Shown: one piece after another, positions 38,750-51,343 of the stretch | Layout of the letters: the number at the start of each line of letters is the position of its first letter | How positions within the stretch are numbered: the stretch's first letter is position 1 | DNA from: Euprymna scolopes | Lineage: Eukaryota | Assembly (NCBI GenBank): GCA_053919585.1 | Contig: CM132808.1 | DNA: 64,000 bases | Reading direction: 5' to 3' (one strand) | Made by a program: the position numbers and the translations under genes | Notes under the pieces: generated by a model | Told to the model about the DNA's origin: nothing | The model's input: only the letters and a program-made list of their open reading frames with translations | Databases searched by the model: none

Positions 38750-38920
38750 GGCATAATCACGTTGTCACACCGGTAATCGTCAGATCACTAAAGTTAAGCA
38801 ACGTTAAGTATTGTCAGTACTAAAATAGGTAACCATTTAGGACTTCCAGGTGCTGTATGGGCTTTCCGCTCATCTCAGCTTTGTTTTTAATCGGCTTTGA
38901 TTTCATCTTGCCACTGGACC
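38750..38920 (+). mobile_element. 5S-rRNA-derived SINE
   Basis: 5S-like head to ~38862, followed by a body shared with the 51066-51343 copy (tccgct.atctc.gc...ttgccactgg). Confidence 0.75.
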
Positions 38921-39899
38921 CATACAGCGCCGATGCAAGAGACGTGTAAGTTGGGATTGCGCAATCCTTGCCTCACAATTACGCGCGCAGCTATCCTTAC
39001 AGAGTTTCCATTGTCTCCTGAGACTGAACGGAGGTATTGAATATCATCTTACAAGGCATCGCCTCTCCTTTTTAATAATTCAAAGTGTAGTATCCGTTCT
39101 GTCCTCAGTGAAAGGAAGAGGAATCCTTTTAGAACGAACCAATATCCCGAGCTCCCAAAATCAGCAGAGATTAGACCATTGTTGTAATGACCTAGTTGAT
39201 TTTGCGATGGGTGATGACTCTGTTGATTTTGGGGTGGGTGTTAAGTTCTGTGCAGTTCTAGGAGGTTGGCTTTGCCTTCTCTCTTTATAGAAGGAGTTAG
39301 TTTATTGCTAATCGCCCGAGGCGCCCTCGTCTGGGAATGCCGATGGGGCTGCCAAGGCACTTTTTCGCAGGTCAGAGTGTCCCTATTGGAGGACGGTGAC
39401 TTTTCAATCCCATTTTCCGACCCTAGTGTCTAAGTTCTTGCAGTTGGAAAAAACTTAATACTCTCAATCCAGAGTGACCCGCTTTGGAGAGCCAGATTTT
39501 CTTCATAGTATAAACTGGCCGTCTGGTTCAATCTACACACGTGAGGGTTAAATTTGGAATGCCTGCAATGTGTGGATCTAGACCACTGTTGAATTCCTGA
39601 CGTGCACTAACGAATGAGTAAGTAGTTGAATGTGGGTTGTCAGAGATACCGGAATCTGAGCTGATGAGGATGAAGTGCAACACGGGTGACGGATTTGGAG
39701 AAATCCGAAAATAGAGCGTCACAAAACGACATTTAAACCCCAAAATTATTTCAGGAAGGATTATAACCGTAGCTTCTCTCTCTAGTATTCCCACACTCTA
39801 GGGAGTAAAAAGGAATGGGGAGGAGGTATATGAAGCGAGGGAAACGAGGGTGGGGAGAGCGTTCAGCTCAAATTTCCATTTTCACGCTTTAAAAAAAAC

Positions 39900-40060
39900 A
39901 AAAAAAAACTGTCCATCCCCCTCCATACGCTGAAAATACTTTATGTAACGACCAGTCTCCCGCCATAAAACGCGCCATGAAGTCACTCCACCCGACCCCA
40001 ACTGCCGACGCGCCTGATTAACCGGCTGATCGTGCCAACCAGTCATTATCGTTTCACGCT
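39900..40060 (-). mobile_element. Tc1-like transposase fragment
   Basis: RRQLGSGGVTSW resembles the RRQxGGGGVMxW transposase motif. Confidence 0.5.
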
Positions 40061-40309
40061 TTAACTTTTCAATTTTCACCTTTTCGTTTTCTTTTACCTT
40101 TTTTTTTTTTTTTTTTTTGTGCCTTTCATTGTTCGTCCCCTTTTCAAATATGTGTTGGGTTTTTTTGTTTGTTTTTGTTTTCGCCTTTCAACTTTTTGTT
40201 CTCTTTGGGCTCTATTTTTCTTTCTTTTTTTTTTTTTGTTTTTTTGATTCTCATTTATGTTGTTTTATTTTCCGATTCTCGGTTTTCACCTTTTATCATT
40301 GTTTTTTTT

Positions 40310-40660
40310 TATGTAGTTTTATTTTTTTTTTACTAATATTTTATTTTATTTTTTTATTAATATTTTATTTTATTTTTTTACTAATATTTTGTTTTATTTT
40401 TTCTAATATTTTATTTTTTACTAATATTTTATTTTATTTTTTTATTAATATTTTATTTTATTTTTTTACTAATATTTTGTTTTATTTTTTCTAATATTTT
40501 ATTTTTTACTAATATTTTATTTTATTTTTTATTAATATTTTATTTTATTTTTTATTAATATTTTATTTTATTTTTTTACTAATATTTTATTTTATTTTTT
40601 TACTAATATTTTATTTTTTTACTAATATTTTATTTTATTTTTTTATTAATATTTTATTTT
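40310..40660. repeat. AT-rich ~24-bp tandem repeat
   Basis: (taatattttattttattttttta)n with length variation. Confidence 0.9.
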
Positions 40661-41064
40661 TGTTGTTGTTTCTGTTTGATTTTCATTATGCAGTTCTTAG
40701 ATTTTTCATATTCGTTTTTTGATCCTAAAGTATATCTCGTATTTTCTTTAAAGTTCTTATTTTTTTGTTTTGTTTTGTTTTGTTTTCGAGCTTTTTTTTT
40801 TCTTTATTTCTGAAAGTCTTAGAGGTTTCGTTTTTGTTTTTTGATTCTAATTTTTGTATTTTTAATAGTATTTTTGTTTTCGATTCTCAATGTTTTTCGT
40901 TATCTTTTTTAATTATATTTTTTAATTCTTAGTTTTGGCGTTTTTGTTTTGCCAATTCTTAGTGTTTTTCACTATTTTTGTTCAATTCTCAGTTTGTCTT
41001 ATTTAATTTTTATCGATTATAATTTTTGTTGTTGTAAGCTTCTTCATTTGGAGTGACTGTTGTC

Positions 41065-41860
41065 GTTTGAAAATCATTTATTTGTCGCGTTTGAAATCAT
41101 TTATTTCGTATAGAACAACATCAATTACAATTTATCAAGCTTTTTAATATACATTTTGTTTTTTGAAATCATTTATCTCGTTTAAAATTACAATTTACCA
41201 AATTTGTTAACGTGCATTTCGTTTTTTTTAAATCATTTATTTCGTATAAAACAAAATTAATTACTATTTACCAAACTTCGTTTTTTTAAAATCATTTATT
41301 TCGTACTAGCATGTGTGCCCGGCGTTGCCCGGCGTTGCCCGGGTGTTTTGAGATGCATGCTAAGCAAAAAAAAAAAAAAGAAGAAAATGGTCACTTTTTT
41401 TTAACTTTAACCCCTATTATGACCCCTTAAAATTTATTTTTAGGGCTCAAATAAAGTTATTAAGTTAGATCCATGTCCAAGGAACCTATATCTAAATTTT
41501 CACGTGTTTAGACCCAAAATTGTAGGAGGAGTTTGGTAGAGTTCTCAAAGGTCAAATCGTTGAACTTTGACCCCTTTAATTGCCAAATTTCTATCCGAAA
41601 ACCAATCACATCGACTTTACCAAATCTCAGTACTCTGTATATCAAATTTCGAATCTGTAGGCTAAAAATGGACAGAGTTATTGCGTAGGGAAATGTACAC
41701 AGACACACACACACACACTTTCACTTTTATATATATATATAGAGAGAGATAAAACAAAATTACAATTTACCGAACTAGTTAATATACATTTCACTTTTTA
41801 AAATCATTTATATCGTTGAAAATAAAAGTACAATTATAATTTACCAAATTATTCGCATTC
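41065..41860 (+). repeat. Degenerate ~60-bp tandem repeat interrupted by a Helitron
   Basis: Recurrent aaatcatttatttcgt...aattacaatttacca. Confidence 0.75.
41306..41749 (-). mobile_element. Non-autonomous Helitron
   Basis: CTAG plus cccggcgttgcccggg hairpin, and a TC end. Removing the element restores the host repeat unit tttcgta|taaaacaaaatt. Confidence 0.85.
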
Positions 41861-42533
41861 ATTACTTTTAGCAATTTTTGGTCACTCTTTTTCACCCCAA
41901 AACAAGACTTGCTAACACTGAAGAAACTACAATTTGTGATCATATCGATCAAAATACTGTGGGGAGTTCAGCGAGTGAGAGGTTAGTGGTAGATGTATCA
42001 GCCCAGATGTGACAACAATACTCCGTGCATAAGCAAATGGTGTCTTTGTAGGGGGGGTATCCATTCTGGAGACTGAACGAGGGTATCGCAAAGAAAGTAG
42101 CTTAGTCTTAGTAGAATTAAATGCTACCATTCACTTACGACCTATTTCACTACCGACTGAAGGTCGTTTTCTAAGGTTTCTGTCTTGGATAGGTGTACAT
42201 TCGTTTTTCCCTTCAATAGAGCGTAGTATTATTAGCAAATATACTCATCTTGGATACAGTATTATTAGGGAGATCGTTTTAAAAATCATTTATTTCATTT
42301 GAAACAGGATTACAGTTGACATTTACCAAACTTGTTAGCATCTATGCTCGGCACTAAATAGGTTGTCAACTCTTGTAAAATATAAATTTCGTGTCCTCTC
42401 CATAAACAAGCCGATAGAAAGAAGAAGAAGAATTTTTTTTTTTTTCGCGAATGTCTTTATATCCAGATGTAATCCTAACAAATGTTGTTTGTACAGATTT
42501 GCAAAGGAAGACGGCCATCCGGAATTCATCAAT

Positions 42534-42567
<34 letters not shown>

Positions 42568-43307
42568 AGTAGAAAATAAATAACGGGCGGAAAATCATCA
42601 AACGGTTTTCCTTCCTCGCCAGGTACGAAAACTTCATAAGAAGAAAAAGAAAAACAGATCTGGCTTCACATTTTACGCGCCATTGACGCATGCGTGTTTG
42701 AAAGGAGTATCACACCGCCGAGCGCTTATTTGCATAAACGTCAAAGTGACAGAATCAGTCACATGGGGGGGGGGGCTCGAAAAACAACGTTTTATCATCG
42801 CCAACCCGACACTCACTCTGAAACTCCTTCCTTTTAAACACCGCCACCCCCATATTTCTTACAATGGTTTTTCAGAGATTTTTTTATTATATTTTTTTTA
42901 TTCGTGAAAATCGGTAGACATTTTCGGCAATTCCAATATACTTGTATATTACTTAAATTCTTAATTGTGTGTTTATAGTTTAATTATTTGATTGAATGAC
43001 AAACAGTTCCATGTCTACATTTGTTAGTTGGGATCGTTTACAATCTTATTATTACTAGCGGGACCTGTGGAAATTCAGCAGCGCGCTCTTTCACGTGTTG
43101 GTATCTGTGGATCTTCAGCGTAAATGGAGACGTCCAGATATTATTGTAACGCTCTTGTTAAAACTGCAAAAGTATTTATCTAAGCTAGCAGAGACGGCTG
43201 GCGTAAAATACGCTTAAATATGTTATTTTAATTTATGCAGACTTCGTAAATATTATCATAGTTAATTTTCAATCGATTCTTATATATTATAAAGTTGCGA
43301 TTTCAAA

Positions 43308-43383
<76 letters not shown>

Positions 43384-45473
43384 ATATGACTTGGGTGCAT
43401 CAACTTGAATCGAAGTTTTAGTTTCTTCAGATATAATCGAGACCGAAACCAAAACTTCGGAATAATTCTTGGTAAAATTATGGAAGGTCATAACAATTAA
43501 ACGACAGTCACTCGAAAGGAAAAAGATGTAAGCGTGACACAAAAAATAACAGTAACACTGTCGTATTTATAGATCATCGCAAACCTGACACTGACTTAAA
43601 CCGTGGCTACCGAGAAAGAAGGCCGATGCATATGACAGCGTAACGTCACTTCCTAATTAAGTTGTAGGTATAGACAGCTTCCGGTATTCAACCACGTGGT
43701 CATGCTAACAGGCATAAAAATATGGCTACCAATATGTGTTACCGATTGTCCATGTATGTTCTAAAGAAAAAGACCAATTCTCCATTCGGAAAATAATTAT
43801 TATAATTGCACATTTGGGATAATTTTAATCAAAATATCGTAAGTGAATTTGTGTTTGAACTTTTATTTTTATTGGAGAAAGTCGAATATTTCATTTTATT
43901 TATTTATTTATTTATTTAGTGCAAAACAAACAATTTTTGAGTTTGTATTACTATACACATAGATTCGAAAAAGTTGTCAAAAAACAAATATATAACAAAT
44001 GACATCGACTGGCGCTACACCACACCAACTAGTTGTGAAGGGTTAGGGAGGATGGAAAGACCGAGGTGAGAGAGTACTGAACAAATCTCCACTGGAAGTG
44101 TGCAGTTCAAATCTGGTACATTGGGGAGGCATTTTGTCACCCACACCCTAGGAAACACCAATGGCCGATGCCAACGAGAAATCAGTGACAACGGCTGTTG
44201 CGATAACATGCAATCATCAGTACAAGTGGTCAAAAGGTGGAGAACACTGGAAATCTGGGGAGGCTTGTCACTTGCTCTCCAGGGAACATCACAGGTTACT
44301 GCCAGTGAGCAATCACTGATGATGGCTTGTAAGACAACTAATATGCTACACATTTTGGTGAAAAACATGGGGGAAAAATGGACATAGAACAGAAAACCAA
44401 AACTTTAAATCTAATTTCTGTATTTAAAGTAATAGTTATTTAAATATTTCAACATATAATCTTGTGGAGAAAATCCAGCTTCTCAATAAGGGGCACTCTG
44501 GATAGGAACAAAAATAATCTCAGTCATGAAAGATTTCTCCTCCACTGACCGAAGACAGAAAAGGTAAAGTGTAGCATCAAAACAGATACTACACTGATCT
44601 TGTTCCGAAGGCCAAAAAATATTTGTTTAATGCTTCTTTAATTGTTTGTTCCGTAAATTCATAATTCAGTTTTATCAGTATTAAACTGCATATTGCTTTA
44701 AAATTACTTAATTTTTACATAGATACTGTTTATATTTGATATTGAATAAAGTTCAGTTTAAGTATTAATCGAACTGTGTTCCTTTTTCTTTTTAAAAACG
44801 TTTTATTGCTCTTTTCCAAATGGCCCTCATATAGTACTGACAGTCGGACAAATCTTACCTACATTACCTGCAGGCATTTTTTCAGTTAAGAGGCCTTCTT
44901 CTTACTCTTGGTGACCGTGCTTCAACTCCTTCCTTTTGAACATCGCCACCTTCATATTTCTTATAATGCTTTTTAAGAGATTTTTTTTCATGTTTTTTTT
45001 TTTTTTTGTTTTTTTTTTCGTGAAAGTCAGTAGATATTTGCGGCAATTCCAATATACTTGAATATTATTTAAATTCTTATGTTTATATTTGAATTATTTG
45101 ATTAAATGACAAACAGTTCCATGTCTACATATTTTGGTTTGGATAGTTTACAATCGTCAAATTAATTTTATTTTCTTCAAGCAAAAACTGGCTGATGTAG
45201 CTGCCATATTATTAACATAACATTTCCGTCGATCTACATTCGACATTTGTTTTCGGACAGCTACCATACTTAATGACCTTTCAAGCAGCATCGTTTACAG
45301 CCAATCTGTCGATGGGAAGAAAATGGTCGAATCACGCATCACTCCGGAAAGCTGATCCCAATCCCTTTACAGTGTCAGCTACGTCAGAAGATGAAGTAAT
45401 GTTGCTACATCTGGGAAAGTACAGACCAGATCACTCTTTCTTAAATCGACAGAGTACAACATTGACTTCGAAA

Positions 45474-45539
<66 letters not shown>

Positions 45540-45785
45540 CATAGTGAATCTGTTGGTCTGTCGCGCCTAAGTCTTATGTTATTAACATGTTCTTTGATTA
45601 GTCACGTTCAAGTTTTACACACCGCAGTGAGTTCATTTGGGTATTTGATATTTCCTTTTCTTTTTGTTTTTGTTTTTCTTTCTTTTTTATATTTCTCATT
45701 AACTGCAACCGAATACGTTGTTAAAAAATTAACGTTGAATCCATATGCAGTTTAAGCGGGTGGAAACCGCGTGGCTTTGCTAGTA

Positions 45786-45983
45786 ATCAATTGGCCTTTT
45801 GGCCGCCAAGATCAAAGTGTAGTATCTGTTCTTCAGATACTGCACTTCCATTTCTTGTTCTCTTTCGGTGGAGGAGCAGTCCTTCACGACTGAGACAATT
45901 TTTATTTTTGTACCTTTTCTCCACGTTAAAAAACGACCCTGGTGTCTAACTCTGTCCCGTGGGGAGGCATTGTAAATAGGTAC
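45786..45983 (+). mobile_element. U2-snRNA-derived SINE-like retroposon, copy 2
   Basis: Near-identical to copy 1 over ~190 nt; followed by (TAC)n. Confidence 0.85.
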
Positions 45984-45997
45984 TACTACTGCTACTG

Positions 45998-46042
<45 letters not shown>

Positions 46043-46371
46043 ATAATAATAATAATAATAATAGGAGGAGGAGGAGGAGGTCCTGGATACGACCTAAAAC
46101 TATATCCGATGGTGAGGTCCCACCTTGCGGGCCTTGGAGAGTGTGGAGCCACCCTTTAATTGCCATTGCTCCCAGGTCCACTCTGACCCGGAGTGGTAGT
46201 ACCTGTTAGGGTCCCAACTATGGGTTAAATAGAATCTAACTTTTAAAAAACAAATATACTCCATTAAAAATCGTTCCTCAAAATAACTAGATTCGGCATT
46301 AAATAACCTGAAAAAAGTTGATATGCCGTAAAACAAAAACAACCAACCAAAACCACTACTACTACTACTAA

Positions 46372-46451
<80 letters not shown>

Positions 46452-46716
46452 TACGCGTCGGCACACACAAGTCTAGTCAAATCCCCTTCTATATGACAGA
46501 CCAGACTTGGCAAGATTTCTGTTAAACAGAAAACAGAAGTCATCAAGAAACTGTTTAGTAAACAAAATAACGAAATTCCTTGTTTGGAAACGATTTGTAA
46601 GATTTTTTGTATTTCATACTTTTTTTTTTTCTCAATAAGAAATTTGCCTTTTTTATCAAGGAAGCTACAGTTAATGGTTGCTAGCAAAATTGAAAGCCAA
46701 AACCACTATCAATAAT

Positions 46717-47026
46717 TTCCCACTCTCTTTATCCGTGGCTAAACCTATATGTAGATTCCATGAATAAAGCTTCTTTCTTAGAACTGCACGCCTGTGAAAC
46801 TCTGTTCCGTTTACCTGCTTTCCAGCTGACTACAATTTAATTGTCTTCAAGTCCAATGTAAACAAGTTCTTGATGAACCGTCCCTCTAAGTAATCCAATC
46901 TACAAAATCTCCACTACTTATGATTACTACGCTATAATCCCATAACTAATGTATACCCATTATCCCTTATTCTCCAGTGAAATGCGGGCCTGGATAAAGG
47001 GTGACTTCCTTGTAAAAAAAAAAAAA
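46717..47026 (+). mobile_element. 3' fragment of CR1-group LINE
   Basis: agcttctttcttagaactgcacgcctgtg...tgtaaaaaaa, as in 9097-9325. Confidence 0.85.
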
Positions 47027-47224
47027 GAGAAAAAACATACAAAATCGAGTACACTCAACATCAAGTATACTCAACATCGTCTTACAATCAACGCTTAACC
47101 TGTGAACTCGGAGTATGGGAAACTCCCATATGCACAAAACCAAATCACTGAAAAAGCAAAAATACCCTAACTAAAGATAAGGATAATGAGTAAACGTTGG
47201 ATAAAATGATGGTTAAAATTATTA

Positions 47225-47297
47225 CGAAGTTGCCAGGATTCGAACCTGGAATCTCCTGATCCGTAGTCAAGCGCGTTATCCATTGCGCCACAAGTCC
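47225..47297 (-). tRNA. tRNA-Arg(ACG), possibly a pseudogene
   Basis: 73-nt cloverleaf GGACTTGTGGCGCAATGGATAACGCGCTTGACTACGGATCAGGAGATTCCAGGTTCGAATCCTGGCAACTTCG with intact A/B boxes; one C-C mismatch in the acceptor stem. Confidence 0.75.
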
Positions 47298-47669
47298 TCT
47301 CCTTATGCCTAAAGATGTTACCTCAACTGTATACAGGCAGTGCTAAATTCCGTTGACATGGGCAGGTAACTTTTTCGACAATTGCACGAAACGGCCCCAA
47401 AACCCTTATTTCGGGCTTTTTGTGTGACTCGGCGTTGTTCGTTATGAACCGTAAGAACATTCTAGAGACTCACACCTTTCAGGGGAAGAAAAGAATTTTT
47501 CAATTCGATACATCCGTTCGAAAGTTTTATTGGTATACACACACACACATGACTAAATAAATGAACATTTAGCATTTTTTTTTAAAATTTTTTATTATTA
47601 TTATTATTAATAATAATAATAATAATAAAAATAAAATAAAAAAAAAAAAACGTTGATAATAGTGGGAGA

Positions 47670-48040
47670 GACCTACCGCCAATAACACCACAACTACTAC
47701 GAATACTACCAGTACTAATTATGATAAGAGTATGAATTTGGTAACAGTATGAAAGACCACCGCCACCACTAATATTACAGCTACTACTACTTATACTAAT
47801 ACTACCAATATCATTACTACTACTAATAATAATATAGACCTGACCTAATATAAAAAAAAAGGGGGGGAAATGACGTCTATTTTGGAAGAGCGGTGGCGAG
47901 ATGAAAGCTTTAATCTTCAGTGAAATTTGACGGCGGAGGCAGAGAACATCAAAGCGAGCGCCGCCCTTTGAAGTCCTCTTGTTTAACTGTGCGAACCCCC
48001 CACCCCCACCTACCGCCAAGAGAACCGTTCGCTTTGATTC
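47670..48040. promoter_or_regulatory. Candidate Wnt/TCF-responsive enhancer
   Basis: TCF/LEF-type sites ACATCAAAG 47946-47954, CCTTTGAAG 47965-47973, CTTTGAT 48032-48038 and AGATGAAAG 47899-47907. Helper-type sites GCCGCC 47960-47965 and ACCGCCA at 47675, 47759 and 48012. Lies ~6 kb upstream of the Sp5 exon. Confidence 0.6.
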
Positions 48041-49226
48041 TCTCCCTGCTTTCACCCTTTTTTTCTTCTTTACCAAAAGGAAAGCAAAACAATTTGTATG
48101 TGATATTCATTATATTTTAAAGGCGACGCGACCCTTTCATAATGTCGGGACCCTTAAGATCTGGTTGATATATATATTAGTTATATATACATACACTNNN
48201 NNNNNNNNNNNNNNNNNNNNNNNNNNNNNNNNNNNNNNNNNNNNNNNNNNNNNNNNNNNNNNNNNNNNNNNNNNNNNNNNNNNNNNNNNNNNNNNNNNNN
48301 NNNNNNNNNNNNNNNNNNNNNNNNNNNNNNNNNNNNNNNNNNNNNNNNNNNNNNNNNNNNNNNNNNNNNNTAATGAGCATATATACTCTGAGCTGCGAGA
48401 GAAGCTTTTTGGGCCGATTCAGCGTTTTGATTAGCACTGGCGTACAGTGCTTTATGCCTTCTGAAACAGAGATTAATATTATTTAGTTATTGTTTCTATC
48501 TTAACCATGGTTTCACGCGAATCTGCTCATCAGACAAAATTGTTTTCAAATTCCGAGTTGAAGTCGACTTCAACATTTGATCGTAGCGTGATCACGTTAA
48601 ACTGATCACAATCGTTTTAAGTACATAGATTCGAAAAAGTTGTCAGAAAACAAATATATAACAAATAAATGCAATCAAAAGCAAGATAAGTTACTTTTCT
48701 ATCTAACTGGGTAAGTTTTTAGTGTTTTTATTTAATTTAAAATGTTTATTCGGTTCGAAAAACATGGAGTGCTTATCGGTATATTTGAAAAAGACAAATG
48801 TCTGCGAGCTCGCTGTTGAATACGTTAAGTTTGGAAAATGAATCCAAAGTAAAAACTTATACAAAATAATGTTAGAAACCCACCGAATATATGTCTGCCT
48901 ATGTCACGGTACCATTTATTGAGTCAGTTTCTAACAGTTTTATTTGATTTTGTTTAAATCAAAATCTTCCATTGCAGGTAACAATGATAATATTATAAGT
49001 ATTTAATGATTTTAAACCACAAGTGAAGCTAAAATCAATAGATCGCCCCCTCCCCCCGTAACAAGTATATTTTACGTTTAGGAAAATATCTGCACATTTA
49101 ACACGTGTGTTTTTACGGTCATCAGAGAAAAAATACAACTATATAGTTAAATATTTAGAGATTTATGAAGAATCGGAATCGGGAATTTAGTACAGAATCG
49201 GGGAAAATATTGGAATCGTCCCATCA

Positions 49227-49290
<64 letters not shown>

Positions 49291-49448
49291 TCTATATTAT
49301 ATTTTTGTCAGTCTGTCTGCTAGTTTGTCTGTTCATTACGCTTTTTCTCGGAAATTACTGGGCCGATCTTGATGTAATTTTGTATGGGTCTTTGTTACGA
49401 TAACATGCAGCGAACTAAGCATTGCGATATTCGTTTGATGCGCATTAT

Positions 49449-49625
49449 CAAGATCAACGTGTAGTACCTGTTCTTCAGATGCTGCACTTCCATTTCTTGT
49501 TCTCTTTCGGCGGAGGAGAAATCCTTCACGACTGAGACAATTTTTTTTTATTTTTGTACCTTTTCTCCACGTTAAAAAACGACCCTGGTGTCTCCGTCCC
49601 GTGGGGAGGCATAGTAAATAGGTAC
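49449..49625 (+). mobile_element. U2-snRNA-derived SINE-like retroposon, copy 3 (5'-truncated)
   Basis: Same body and the same 3' end (cgtggggaggcatagtaaataggtac); caagat occurs at both junctions. Confidence 0.8.
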
Positions 49626-49877
49626 AAGATGTATTACTTCATAGTGATATGATAAACCATCTCACCAACCATACTTCTCATCAGTCTACTATAAAAAAAG
49701 AAGAGAAAGACAGATCCCTTTTCTCCAAATCTTTAGTTCAGTAGGTAAACAGAAATTATGAAAACACCGCAGAATAGTGGAAAAGTATAGTGAAAACAAT
49801 ATAATACACATTCTGTTCTTCGGCTATTATAGTTACGAACGTAAAGAAAATTCGAATGATAAATTCATCCTGGCTGT

Positions 49878-49908
<31 letters not shown>

Positions 49909-50782
49909 CTTGAATAGTATCGACGCGAAGGTCAAGAGATGCATTTAATCGAGGAGAAAGCTTGCATTCCGGCCATCGATTTCCAAAAGGGAGATAATTG
50001 TCAGATATTAAAATTTAAACATATTGATAATTAGACAATCAATTTTGTAAACGAAAATTAACTAATGAAGGAAAAATATTAAAAAAAAAACCAATGATTT
50101 AAATTTTTATATTAATTTCTTATTAAATTAAGTAAAAATATTTTCTAATTTAGTAAGAGTTTTTTTTTTATTCTTACACAACGCAAATGCATATTGCTTA
50201 AAAAATATCTTAAAAGATTCCTTACAAACATTATTCTTTTTTAAATGTTTTTTAAACGATTTATACTATTATCCCTTGAGCAGATTTGTTGGCATAAACG
50301 TTTTTTTTCATTAGGGAGATTTTGGAATCGCATTAACAATAATATAATAGAGGCTTTACTTAACATCCTTCAAATACTTAGTAAATTAATCGTAAGTCTC
50401 AAGTAATACTAATTAGTTATTAACACGCAGTCTGGGAAGAAGTAATCCAAGAGAAATATCATTTTTTTTTTTTTACTTTTTGTTTTATTACTTTATCAAG
50501 TTTGTTTTAATTCAAAGTAGATTCGTATACGTATATATTTTTTAATTCTAGTTTTTAATTCCTATTTAGAAACATTATGACTAAGATTATATACATTTCT
50601 ACTGTATGATATGCGATAGATATGCATTGTTAATTTCATAATCTGACTTATTTGTAAATTAATGTTAAAATTACAATCGTGATTAGTTAATACATTATAA
50701 ATTAACTCATACACCATAAGCGCTCCTTCACACAGTCATGTATATATATACGTGCAGAATATATAGGCTCCTCCAGTCTTTG

Positions 50783-51011
50783 ACAGACTATAGATACCCA
50801 CGTAGGGGTGCCTTCGCATGAAATTTTAGTGGAAGGAGGTGTACAATCTCCTGCCACAAAATGTGAAGTGTATGTACAGGATAACTGGCAACAAATGCCG
50901 AGATAAGCGGAGAGTACACACAGCGCCTAGAATTCCCAAATTGTACTAACCAAGCTCAACGTTGCTTAACTTCGGTGATCTGACGAGAAACGGTGTGTCA
51001 ATGCGATTATA

Positions 51012-51016
<5 letters not shown>
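50783..51016 (-). mobile_element. 5S-rRNA-derived SINE (left member of head-to-head pair)
   Basis: Reverse complement of the 51066-51343 copy, with internal deletions. Confidence 0.8.
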
Positions 51017-51065
<49 letters not shown>

Positions 51066-51072
<7 letters not shown>

Positions 51073-51343
51073 AATCGTGTTGGTATATCGGTTCTCGTCA
51101 GATCTACCGAAGTTAAGCAACGTTGAGTCTGGTTAGTACCAGATGGGTAATCCTTTGGGAATTCTAGGCGCTGTATGTGCTCTCCGCTTATCTCGGCATT
51201 TGTTTCTAGTCGTCTTGTACATACAATTCATTGCCACTGGTATTTAACAATATCGACTCAGGAGAGGTGTGGTTAGTGATTGCGCACCTCTTGCCACAAA
51301 AATTTCACAAGCAGGCACCCCTACGTGGGTATCCATAGTCTGT
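51066..51343 (+). mobile_element. 5S-rRNA-derived SINE (right member of pair; runs into gap)
   Basis: ggttctcgtcagatctaccgaagttaagcaacgttgagtctggttagtacc followed by a non-5S body. Confidence 0.8.

Noticed and set aside
39300-39870. Possible LINE endonuclease remnant on the - strand (similar patch ~2990-3480)
   Set aside because: Too decayed to assign by eye; needs a translated search.
34230-44390. Related segments at 34230-34520 and 44015-44390 as exons
   Set aside because: They are two diverged copies of an unclassified repeat with no consistent reading frame.
47870-47923. 17-codon ORF MTSILEERWRDESFNLQ as Sp5 exon 1
   Set aside because: Length and LQ ending are suggestive, but it ends in TGA with no phase-0 GT donor; the nearby ca|gtgaaa donor would be phase 2 and out of frame.
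4733-51180. Functional 5S rRNA genes
   Set aside because: All six copies are diverged, lack a T-run terminator at the 5S end and continue into shared SINE bodies.
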